From positions 1 to 64,000 of the forward strand of contig KZ538150.1 in assembly GCA_000934665.2 (NCBI GenBank): a stretch of 64,000 bases of DNA, written 5' to 3'. This DNA comes from Catajapyx aquilonaris. Lineage: Eukaryota. The translations under genes were made by a program, and so were the position numbers. The notes below the pieces were generated by a model that was not told the DNA's origin, did not search any database, and saw only the letters and a program-made list of their open reading frames with translations. Positions 53,128 to 64,000 of this stretch are shown here, in pieces (position 1 is the stretch's first letter; each line of letters starts with the position of its first letter).

Positions 53128-55149
53128 TCAAATATAAAGTTCAGTAATCCGCTCCAAAAGTTGTGAAAATGTAGGCCTTTGTCTTCTATCCATGTTCCAG
53201 CAATCAGTCATTATCTGGTACACCTCACCACTACAATTGTCCGGCTTTTGCAGTCTATATCCTCCTTTCAAGTGTCCAAGAACATCATGAGGCTCAAATC
53301 CTGCAAAATAAGCATACCTTGTGGAATACAAACAATAATACATGAAGACACCAAATTTACCAACAAAAGGAACAGCACCATTGCTGAATATCTCATACAG
53401 TAACACACCAAAAGACCACACATCAGACTGTATAGAAAACGTCTTCATTTCAATTCCTTCTGGAGCTGTCCAACACATTGGATACGGACATCCAGGATTT
53501 GCCGTGTAAATGCTTCCATCTTCCTGTAATAAAAAAGAAGAAAATGCAAGTGAAAAGAAGAGTACCTCAATGATTAGTCTTACAGTAGCTTACATCAGGT
53601 CTTCGCGCCAGCCCAAAGTCTGTGATCTTTGCGATATTATTGTCTGCCATGAGAACATTTCGAGCTGCTAAATCTCGATGAATTATTTTCTTGAATGCAA
53701 GATATTCCATCCCACTTGCACAGCATAATGAAATTTTCAGCAGCTCTCGATATTCTAAATCATGACCTTCACCTAAAATGCCAAGTAGGATCCAAATGAA
53801 ACTGATCCAGCCAGTGAATAAATGGTCATCGTTGAAAATCATCACAACCTAATGAAACAGTTAAATAGAGTATTTGTTACAAAAGTGCAGTCCATAGCCC
53901 ACAGGGCCCTCCAGTTGGACTGCAAACCTTATCAAATTATCAACTTCTTCATTAGGATTTTATTGGCTAATATCAATTTGCTTACGCCTTATGGAGCATG
54001 GGCTTGGGTACGTGGCCAAAGAGGGCCAAGTGATATCTGCCCCTCCCTATCTATGCCATTATCAAGAAAGTTTCAGAAATAGTGTTTTAGAGGTGCCATC
54101 TTTACACAGCATTGCATGCTTTTAATGCCCACTAAGGCATATGTCTTATCAAGGAATTGTGTATTTCACATGACTGCAGCCCTGCACTGACCTCAGTCAA
54201 ATGAAATTTTTCACCATTTGGTACCCCCAGTGCACGGTATGTGGTAATATAGCTTACCATGAAGAAACTTGATTAAACTTCCCTTCTCCATCAATTCCAT
54301 CACTATATGAAAAACTTGACTTGGACTTGTTGATACGCCATAATATCGAACTACATTCTCATGGCGAAGGTTCTTCATAACAGCAGCTTCCTGTTGAAAT
54401 TCTTCTAGCGTCATATTCACTAAAAGGTAAATGAATGTTATTACCATTTACAACTGATGTACCCTTAACCGTGAGGTTGTCCAGCATGTATTACATCATC
54501 CACCTTTTAGGTATATAGTCTGGTGACCCCGGGTAGCTTGTCCCCTTGGGTAACTGGTTGTTTACTGCTATCCTTTTACATATGTTGCCATTACAGGGTA
54601 ATTGCCCGCGGGCAAGCTTACCCGGGGTCACCAGACTAGAGAAGGAATGCAGGAGTTTGACAAATGCTGAGAAAGAATGGCAAGGAGGAGGAGAAAGGGT
54701 TCAAAATTTGCAAATGAAATATTAAGGTGCTGTAATAAATGGATGCCCTCTATTTAGTGTGACTCACAGTTTCTCAACACCTTGATAGCAACAAGTGTCC
54801 TATTTTCTCCAGTGCGAAGAGTTCCTTTGTGAACTTTGCCATAACTTCCCTCACCTAATATTCGACCCAAGGTCAGCATTCTGAAAGGTATTTCCTCTCC
54901 AAACCTCTCCTGCCGATGCTGAAAACCAACCAGACAGTATCACAACAGGCACCAGGTAACAGCAAGGACACTTACAGCCTGTTCTCTCCTCCTTCTCAAG
55001 TACTGGACACCTTCTGCAATGACAATGAATTACATTCTTCATTTCACACTACAGCAAATTCAAGCTCCTCTCTTACCATATATACCATAAAGAACAAGAC
55101 CAAATATAGCGAAGACTCCAAGGGCAGCTAATTCTCTGCCCTCAGGCAT
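53128..55149 (-). CDS. Tyrosine kinase with N-terminal TM anchor and no apparent ectodomain, SH2 or SH3 (~309 aa, 7 coding exons)
   Basis: Exons 55149-55077, 55013-54976, 54909-54768, 54419-54258, 53772-53594, 53523-53361, 53300-53128 total 930 nt. Motifs [63 protein letters not shown]-terminus [34 protein letters not shown]. Start codon inferred. Confidence 0.9.
54516..54638. mobile_element. Short MITE-like inverted-repeat element in a kinase intron
   Basis: TAGTCTGGTGACCCCGGGTAGCTTG ... CAAGCTTACCCGGGGTCACCAGACTA, about 25-bp TIRs with one indel. No clear TSD. Confidence 0.7.
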
Positions 55150-55614
55150 TCCTGAAATCATTGAAAAATGGTCGTCCACATTGTTTTGGTGACACATTGA
55201 TCATATTATCTGTTTCACTTACTTCTTTGATGGAAAAAACGTCTTAATCTTTCCAGTTCAACTTTTGCAACTTGCAACTTCCTCACCACCACTGAGCAGG
55301 ACCCACATCTGTTTCAGTCTTACCATCCACGAAAACAAAAAAACATGGCTGCATTCAAGAGTCAAGACTCAGCTACATATGCCAATACATGAGGCAGCAT
55401 TGGTCCCAAGGCCTGGATTGCATGCATCAATCACTGTGATTATTCACCTGTAATAAAAAATCATATCATTGCAGGTGAAAACTTACATTCATTTTGTCTG
55501 TTTTTGAAATTATCATGAACTATTAACAACAATGGGCATAACCACTCCAAGAAAAGTAAATTCAGTTAATTGGGCACTGGCAGGCCATTCCATTCAATTT
55601 CCATGATTCAACAG

Positions 55615-55790
55615 GCTGGCCCATGTGGCAGCTAGCACCATTGCCTTCCACCTGTGAGGTCCTGAGTTTGATGCCTGGATCAGACAAAAAGGACCCTTTC
55701 TCAATGTGGAAAGAGTTCTGACAGGTTCTGTCTGTGTTCACACAGATTTTCTCAGGGATCTGTTTCCTCTCGAAGCAAAATCTGTCAGCA
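55615..55790 (+). mobile_element. Degenerate tRNA-derived SINE fragment
   Basis: GCCTTCCACCTGTGAGGTCCTGAGTTTGATGCCTGG resembles a decayed tRNA-like head with B box; later GATTTTCTCAGGG..TTTCCTC resembles common SINE cores. Judged by eye only. Confidence 0.35.
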
Positions 55791-55917
55791 CTCAGCAGAG
55801 TGGTCAGCCTGTTAAAAAGATGCCCTAAATATAAATGTGGTATAGTCACTGGATAAGGCCACAAACCTAAAGTGATAACACACCATTACACTGCATGTTA
55901 TAAACTCTCAAGTTGTT

Positions 55918-56336
55918 ACCGAAGCAGTAGTGGTGGAGTGGATATATGGTATCCGACTGCTAATCGGGAGGCCCTGACCAACCATGGCCCTGACCTTGGT
56001 TTTCTGTGGGTTTCCAAGGTCGCCCCAGGAAAAATTCCGGGATCGTACCGTAAAATAGGGCACAGCCGCTTCCTTCCTTTCCTGTCCTTGTCCTGTCCAT
56101 GAGGAGGTGCGGTGTCGGTGGGAGTTTCTGACCCCCTGGGGGACTGCACACAACCCCCAAATTTTGGACATCGCACTTGCACCCGTATCCCCCCTCACAA
56201 ATCCCTATCCCGACCACTGCACCGGAGAGAGAAAATGTGAAGAAAATTTCGTAAGAAAAAATGGTGGGAACCCACCCCCCTAAAAGGGCTCTGTTCCCTC
56301 TAATGGGGTAAAGCTAAAAAAAGAGAAAAAAAAAAC
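55918..56336 (+). mobile_element. tRNA-derived SINE (~420 bp) with A-rich tail and 13-bp TSD
   Basis: Direct repeat CTCTCAAGTTGTT at 55905-55917 and 56337-56349. A-box-like TGGTGGAGTGG near the 5' end, a core (GGTTTTCTGTGGGTTTCC...CCAGGAAAAATTCCGGGATCGTACC...GGGCACAGCCGCTTCCTTCC) resembling insect Lm1-type SINE bodies, and a 3' A-rich tail. Confidence 0.85.
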
Positions 56337-57874
56337 CTCTCAAGTTGTTTCAATGTAATATTACACATTATATCACAGAAAAGCATCTGAGGTGGTGAAA
56401 CTCATGCAAAAGTATCTTGGAGTCACCAGCAAACACAAACAGCGCACAAAAAAACACACATACCAAAAAGCCCACACAGCTACTATACACAGTATGTCAC
56501 AACTGTTCAATCTTTGCTACTCCCCTTCCAACGTGCTCAAGCATCCTTCTGTCTATCAGCATGCCATACGTGGTATTGACTGTTCGCTGCCCTCCATATA
56601 CCTGCCGGTACCGAGGTTCGTCCTATTCAAAATACCGTGCCAATGCCCTCAACTACATTCCACCTGTCCTGCTTCTTCATCCCATACCCACTCCTCTGTA
56701 CGCTGGAGGAGGGTGCCGACGCCTGGAGAATGAGGTGTCCTTACCCGGTCAAGCAGCGCAGGACCAGCCCCTGCGATACAGATAAGATGCTGCGAGCTGC
56801 GTTGAGTAGTTCCTACGTTCCTTCGTCCTTTCTCCACGTAAAGATCTTATTCCCCCCCGCCTCCCGCCACTCTCACATGGTAAATCCCCGCTCAGAAAGT
56901 CCTGTCGCCTTGCAATAGTTCTCTTCCTACTTTTTATGAGGTTCGTAGTTCAGGTGCTAATTCAATTCCCAATCAATTGGCTCTAATTGATTTCATGAAG
57001 AAGCCTTTCTAATGACGTGTTGATGGCAGTTGGTACCATTGGGTAGATGGCGCCTTGACAGAATAAACCGCTCTATTCAAACGATTCAAACGTCCTGCAC
57101 CAGGTACTGTACGTACAGCAGTTTGTGTACTTTCCTAATTTTATTCAATACGGCTTTGCTGAACGAATATGGGTATTTAGCATGGGGCAAAGCATTCATT
57201 GCAGGCTACCAGAAATCAGCTCAAAATTATATGGACAATTCATGGCAACCTGGAATAAAATCAAATGGGCGTATAACTCTTTAACATACTGTATATTTTC
57301 CTAAGTGAATCCCAGTCTCTTTGTAAGATTCGGAGATTAGTTTAGTACAGACATATAAGCTAAATTTAGAACTGATGTTACAATGGGAGCAATGACGTTT
57401 ATCAATGTTACCTAACAATCAAATGCCAGTGACATCTAGTGCCAATGTTAGGGTATTGCTTCCATACCTTGGGAAGTTACCTGGGCTAATGAGATTACAT
57501 GGGTATTAATTGTACAAGATTTTTCTACAGGCAGGTTGTTGGAGTTCATGTGCAATGTACTGTACTGTGAACAATGTTGAAACACTCATAAGACACATGG
57601 AGTACATGCAACCCTTTCTGTAAAAGGATAACCCAAGTTGTTGCTTCCTTTTCCCCAAATCTGAAATAAACCAAAGAAAAAGGCACCCTTTGCATTTTGT
57701 ATTTTGTTGGATTTCACTTTAGATCATTACATGCAGCTCTACATATAGGCCTACAGTTGCTGAAACCAAAGTATAACACAACTCCCATCTCATGCAACTA
57801 TTTTTATTTTCAGAAATAGATGGGAGGCGAAGTGGTGCTGCGGTAACGTACACACTAAATGTTAGATTGGAAAA

Positions 57875-58216
57875 CAGGTAGTCCCTGGTCTATGAACGGG
57901 GGTTACATTCCTGAAAATGTCCATAAGTGGGATTTGTATGTAACTCTAATCCTTAGGCTTAGGGAACAGCACATATATACAGCTTAAAGATGCTGCTCCA
58001 AAGCACAGCTTACGTCATGTATGTTTGTTTACATATGTGGAAGTAGTACTTCCTGAACTGTTTATTAATTATACAGTATTATGTTGAACTAGGTGTCAGT
58101 TAACTATGCAGAAGTGATTGAAAGTGGAAGGATAATAAATTATCTTTCTTGGGAACCTTGGAAGCCAATTCCTAAGTACAGATTGAAGTCGGGTCGTTCA
58201 TAAACTGGGGCTACAC
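57875..58216. mobile_element. Degenerate Tigger/pogo-like MITE
   Basis: Left end CAGGTAGTCCCTGGTCTATGAACG and right end CGTTCATAAACTGGGGCTAC are imperfect inverted repeats. Confidence 0.45.
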
Positions 58217-58389
58217 TTTCTATTGAGGCTATTATAATGAGGCATTATTTATACTGTATATTATAATAATATCATTGGTAGCATATAAAAGTAACTTCCA
58301 AAGAAACTGATTAAATATAAGTAGCTCAGTGCCAAAAATTTCTAATCATTACTGACGTAAATGGGGGCACCCTGTATTCAGGGCACATA

Positions 58390-59267
58390 CGAGGCCTTTT
58401 CAATAAATAATGAGAGGGATTTTTTTAAATGAGAAAGTAGGTAAGTATTATCATGATGGTGATACATATAAGTACATCAATTCTGTCGAAGATGCATGTG
58501 CATGCTTATGTGCAGAAGTCTGCTGCTCACTATGTGGGTCACTGTGGTGGCAGCACAATCGCATACCCCCCCTCCTGAAATTGCCTCCGCCTCCTGAGTC
58601 ATGGCATTAACATGTGAAGAGCAGTATGCTACACTTTGCTGAAATTCTGATTTCGCCTTAAGAAGATATGGCCAGTGAGGCCTACTTCATGATGACATAG
58701 GTGTATCGAAGAAGATGTACTGCCAGAGGGTCCTTTTTCCACCTGCAACCAGGGTGCTTTGGAAGCTCCTGCCAGAGCTGATACACGCCTCATGTGCATA
58801 ATTGTGTGCACACCATCCACAGATACTTGTAACAAATCAGATAGAATAGTCAACTTTAAACACATGATGACTGAGGCCATGTTGATGGCCACTTCCGTCA
58901 ACACTCCTTCACGAGCTCCCGGAGCGCTCTGTTTACAGGTGGATTCGGGACCCTTCTTGAGCATATTTTCTCCATATGTCTATGTCAGTGTGGAGTACGA
59001 CTCACTGACTGTGTTCTTGAGGAAAAAGCAGAATTTCAGCGTGGCGTACTGCTCCACACATGTCGATGCCATGACTTGGGAGGCGACATCAAGGGTGGTG
59101 GTGTTTGTGATGCCACCACACCTACATGATGGGCAGTAGACTTCTGCGCAAAAGCATGCACATGCATCTTCAACACAAGTACTTAAATATATCACCATCA
59201 TGTAGTAGGCTACTTCCCTACTTTCTCATTTAAAAAATCATTCTCATTCCTTATTGAAGGGCCCTCG
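58390..59267. mobile_element. Mariner-derived non-autonomous element with long inverted arms and a decayed transposase 5' fragment
   Basis: TA|CGAGGCCTTTTCAATAA ... TTATTGAAGGGCCCTCG|TA, with imperfect inverted arms of ~270 bp. Minus-strand remnants EQYATLKFCFFLKNTVSESY, YGENML and VSVDGVHTIMHMRRVSA resemble the mariner transposase N-terminal HTH region. Confidence 0.82.
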
Positions 59268-59420
59268 TAGTATGTAGAACAGGCATTACAAGTCAACTCT
59301 TCCAGAAATTAATCCAATACAGCAAGAAAATGTACACACTTTCCCTCTTGCTTTTCCTCATTCAAAATGCATTAGCTGCACAAGAGCATTAATTATCATT
59401 TCCTGCAGCTGCTGGTGCAT

Positions 59421-62400
59421 TCAAATGTATAGGTTGCATATCTGCTCTCGAATCTCACTGAAGTGTGGCCTTTGCTTCCTATTGTCTCTCCAACATGCCC
59501 TCATGATGTTGTCGACATCCACTGGGCATCTTTGAGGGCGAGGTAATCGATTCCCTGCTTTCAGCCATGGCAGAAATTGAGGAGGCAGTATATCTGTCAA
59601 CATTTTAAAAAAATAATAAAAACCAGTTGTTACTCACATGATGCACTGCCTATATCAGAGGTCGAATCTTAAATTTTTTGGCCTGGTGCAAAGGTTGTAC
59701 TTCAGACTTACAGTACCTCTGGAGTGCAAATGACAACTTGGCTAAATCCAGTAATTTAAATTAGCCTACGTACTCCAAGTTAAAAAGCAGGACCAACTGG
59801 AGTGCAAACTTTGTACTCCAAGGCTAAGTTTCTTACTAGTACAGCATACTGCGTATTCCTTGAGTCAAAACAAGTCGAAAATATAGGTGAGAGAAATGTC
59901 GGGGGTCCAACATTTAAATAGGTAGATGACCAGAAACATTGGCCAGTGGTTGCTGAAGGAGCAGGATTTTAGCATCTGACTTGGAGTGCAACAAGCATCC
60001 CAAAAGTTGGAAGTTATTTGTGTGTAGCTTTTGTTTCACCCCAATCCAGATCTCAAATATTTCTATGTGGTATTGTGGTTGCATAGAGCAGTTGCTATAC
60101 AGGGTGAAGGGAAACTCGTGCCCAATAGCCAGGTAGACTGATAGTAGGCCTACTCCCAAAAATAATATAGTGTAATTAGTTTTGGGCGCCAGTGCGTAGT
60201 TAATGTGTACGGCACCTTTAAAGTGTAGAGGGCCAGGTGGTAAAATATGAGGTGAAAACGACAAAGTGCATGGATGTCGCACCAGGATTCTTACTCTGAC
60301 GGGATTTGATCACTTATTATATTGCACATGGACAATGCGTTAGGGGACCAAGGTCAGATTATTCGGAGGCCCTCGATCTGGCTTTTGCTTCTTTGAAACT
60401 GCCGGAGTGGATGCGACATCACGAAACTTTAAAGGCGCCGTACGCATAATAACTACGCTACGGCGCCCAAAGCTAATTGCACATCCCTATATTTGTTTTG
60501 CAAGTACTAATTGTACTATCAGTCTACCTGGTGATTGGGGGTGAGTTTCCCTTCACCCTGTAACATAAGACACCTGGATTAGGGCACGACATGCTGCAAA
60601 AAATAACCACTTCGAGCAAAATTTCTTCTTTAACTAAAGCGACCTACATACTTGGAACAATGATCATCTTGCATGGAAAGGTAAGCAAACTCACTTATAG
60701 GTTGTGGGGAAGAGGCATTGCTGAATATCTCAAAGAGAAGAACTCCATAAGACCACACATCTGATTTGGTAGAAAAAGTCTTGAATTCTAAACCCTCTGG
60801 GGAGGTCCAAAAGTGGGGACACAGGCCATTTGGACTTGACCTGTATATGCTGCCCTGAAAATTAAGATGTCATTACAATCATGTAAAGTGTCCCAAAATA
60901 CTGAGCTAATGTGGATCTCAGGAATCAATACACCCTGACTAAAAAGTAGTGTGGTGGTCTCCATAGAGCTGCTGCACACACAGTGGTTCTGTCTGAGCAT
61001 CTCTGGCAAAATTGCCTCATGCACACACACCAGATTTACACCAATGTAGATATGCAATATGTCCAAAATTTTGCAGTAAGCAGGAGACCTAGGGGTGTCG
61101 CCCAGAATTAGGAGATCTGCACCCCCACACAGTATTATCCTGTCACAGGCTGCTTCGTCAAAATATGTGTGGTTCACTTTTGATTGTCTTGACCTCTTAT
61201 GGAGATATTTGCTTGATGGCATAAGCAGGCATAATAATTGTGCCCTTCTGCTCACCTCACACCAGTTTGTATGCATTTCTCATTCATGTCATTACAAAGT
61301 GTATTTTAAAACCTTCCTATACTCACATCTAAAATACGAGATAGGCCGAAATCACCAATTTTGGCCATCAAATTTTCCCCCATCATAACATTCCTAGCAG
61401 CCAAATCCCTGTGAAGAACCTTTTTGGTCTCCAAATATTCCATTCCACTTGCACAATAAAATGCGATTTTTAGCAAACTCCTTGTTTCCAAATCATGTCC
61501 TTCATCTGAAACATATAATTTTAAATAATCAGAACATCTCCACATGTGGGACTCATGTGCTGTAATATAAATACTGCATTCTTGTGCTTATACACATGTT
61601 AGGTGCTGATAACACAATATTATCTTGGACCATATCTCTCATAAGGCATGCAAGTGAAAGTGTCCATGATAATACCAATAGTGTGGTCATGAATGTCAAA
61701 ACTTAACAGTGACTCTACACTGTGCCATCATTCCTCTAAGATAAGACATTCAACTGTAGTCCATACATTGTATGGAACAGAACTAAGCTCTTATTATCTC
61801 TCGTAGTTGGAGTCTCTCCTGCCTAAATCCAAATGCCAACTACCAGCACAGGAAGAGAACAACAGGACAGTTTCCCACACTCCACACAGAGCCAATACCA
61901 ATAAAGTAGGCTACATGTAGCCTACCAATATGAATATGAGATCACTTCTATTACACAGGATATAAAATATATTGCAGCACTATATTGCTAATAAATGTTA
62001 TTGACATGCCTGGTCAGCTTATCTTATACAGTAGCCTATATATAAAAGCCGAAGTTTGTTTGTTTGACCCCCCCCCCCCNCCCCCCCCGCCTCTTTTTCC
62101 TACTGCCCCTGCACCGTATCACCTGGATGCTGTATCACTGTGGTGACGTATCACCGAGGTACCTCTGCACTGAGGTACCATGGCAATGGAGTCACCAAAG
62201 CACTTTATGAGTTTACCATAGCAACAGGGTTATTGTAGCTACCGATATAGCATATATAACACGGTTTCTATGACATCAACAGTGATTGACTGCTGCTGAT
62301 TCATTGTTTCCATAGTAACATCAACACAACACCATGGCAACAATGGCATTCAACAATATCAATGGTGCCATAGTAATAGACCGTTCAATTCCCCTGCGAA

Positions 62401-62789
62401 GCACGGGTACCCTGCTAGTATTGTATAAACATTAGTTAAGAATAAATATTGTATGATCTTGGTCATTGGTTGTGTGATTTGGGGTAAATCTGGAACAAGA
62501 ATTGACTACTACTACTGTATGTCTTTCATAAAGATTAATGACATGTTCTGGATCTATTATGCACCTGGCCCATTTAGGCTGCATGAAAACAATGTTAAGA
62601 CAACTGGCTCTTATATTAGTGACTTGCCATGTAAAAATCCCCAAAGGCTCCCCTTAGGCATAAACTCCATGACAATGTTGATACATCCTTTTGGACTAAA
62701 AGCTGTTCCAAGATATTGCACAATGTTTTCATGGTGTAGATCTTTCATCATAGAAGCTTCATGAAGAAACTGTTCAGCAGTCATCCTCA
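59421..62789 (-). CDS. Tyrosine kinase paralog 2 (5' part not found in this window)
   Basis: Exons 62789-62628 (GC donor), 61505-61327, 60854-60695, 59593-59421, nearly identical in length and phase to kinase 1. Motifs [52 protein letters not shown]. The Gly-loop/VAIK exon is not visible before 64000. Confidence 0.88.
60100..60560. mobile_element. Tc1/mariner-type MITE (461 bp) in the last intron of kinase 2
   Basis: TA|CAGGGTGAAGGGAAACTC ... GAGTTTCCCTTCACCCTG|TA, with imperfect TIRs extending ~125 bp. Confidence 0.88.
62035..62418 (+). mobile_element. Non-autonomous Helitron-like element
   Basis: 5' CCTATATATAAAAGCCGAAGTTTGTTTGTTTG, internal ccatggcaac-type short repeats, and a 3' hairpin CCCCTGCGAAGCACGGG followed by CTAG|T. 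Confidence 0.6.
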
Positions 62790-63310
62790 CTGAAATGAAA
62801 GCCCATCATGGTCACATGAAAAATATTATTCTGAATTCATGTACTGTACACACATGTAATGTAGTCCCACTAGAAATCAATCAGAATTAAAATCCAAGAA
62901 ATAGCTGTGGTCTTTGAAATAGATATAGTGAATGAGTATGGACTGCATTGGGTAGGAATTTATCTGAAACACTTGTATTTAAGATTATTTCAGGTTTTAG
63001 AATCCCTATTAATATAAAGCAGAAATTGGTTCATATCTTTGTATATTTATCACACCTACTCAACCCATTTCTCGGGTACTGAGAGCACTGAAAATTTTCA
63101 CACCCATGTTTTATGCTTCCCTGAATCCAGGAAAAGTCTAAGGTCGGTTTTCAGCAGCCTTTGCAATTGCCTAGCAACCTTCGCTGTCAACAACCAAAAG
63201 TAAGGATCTTCCTTTCTCACTCACGTTCGAAAATAATCCACATTGCATAATCAAAAAAGAAAACAATATAACAACGGGCAGGTTGGCAAGAATTGCAGTA
63301 CACATCGCGC

Positions 63311-63484
63311 CAGTGGCGGATCTAGACGTCGTTGTTGGGGGGGGGGNNNNNNNNNNNNNNNNNNNNNNNNNNNNNNNNNNNNNNNNNNNNNNNNNNNNNN
63401 NNNNNNNNNNNNNNNNNNNNNNNNNNNNNNNNNNNNNNNNNNNNNNNNNGATCCCCCCCCCCCCCCCCCATAGATCCGCCACTG
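63311..63484. mobile_element. hAT-like MITE spanning an assembly gap
   Basis: 14-bp TIRs CAGTGGCGGATCTA ... TAGATCCGCCACTG, and 8-bp flanks CATCGCGC and CATAGCGT (6/8 match). Confidence 0.7.
63347..63449. other. Assembly gap (N run)
   Basis: 103 N between poly-G and poly-C tracts. Confidence 0.99.
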
Positions 63485-64000
63485 CATAGCGTATTGTAGC
63501 AACAGTTGGAGTACTTTGGGGAGTGCTAAGATCAACAATATCGAACAATACAGTACTGCACAGTACAGTACATAACAGAGAACCTGCCACAAGGCACCAG
63601 GAAAAACAAAAGAGGATCAGTTATGTTTGTGTGTTTGGTCTCAGAAGTGTTGAAGTGATGTGTTTATGTTTAAATTGTGTTAACTTCAAATAAGGTACAC
63701 CTGACGGTAATATGACCAAGCGAAGCTTTGGCGAATTTTCCTGAAGCCCTATTGGTAAATTTAAATAAAAAAACAAAGTATGTACGGTATCTTGTACATT
63801 GGAACCTTGCTAGTGGAGGACAAAATAATCCGATGTATAGCTGAAAGGGAACAATGGGAAAAATATTTTAGCCCAAAGGTCTGCCATTTGACCATATTAA
63901 AAACATGTGATGTTAATATGGCCAACAAACTTTTGCTTGCCGAAAAAAAGGTTCATAAATATTTAGCAGAGTAACTGGTTTTTTGTTGTAACTCCTTACA

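Noticed and set aside
17260..57056. Scattered CTCF-like words (GAGAGGGCGCT ~17264, AGATGGCG at ~40185 minus and ~57046)
   Set aside because: Partial matches only and too few to distinguish from chance without a PWM scan.
62790..64000. Search for the Gly-loop/VAIK and TM exons of kinase 2
   Set aside because: None found; they probably lie beyond the window or in the gap, so kinase 2 was not called a pseudogene.

Overview
AT-rich eukaryotic, intron-containing DNA, most likely from an arthropod (nervana-type beta-subunit motifs, insect-like SINE and Helitron). About 0.1-15.7 kb has no convincing coding sequence. From 15.76 to 48.63 kb there is a head-to-tail array of ten divergent Na+/K+-ATPase beta-subunit-like genes, all on the + strand, each with 7 coding exons and intron phases 1,1,1,0,0,1. 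They keep the 6-Cys ectodomain but have lost the canonical N-terminal and transmembrane alpha-assembly signatures. Copy 6 carries lesions and copy 10 appears to start with a cleavable signal peptide. Three identical tRNA-His(GUG) genes with an unusually conserved 3' trailer lie between and after copies 8-10. Downstream are a GILT/IFI30-like thiol reductase (+) and two tandem tyrosine kinase paralogs (-); the complete one seems to be a transmembrane-anchored kinase with no ectodomain. Several MITEs, SINEs, a Helitron-like element and a 103-N gap are present. All gene models were spliced by eye and have no transcript support.
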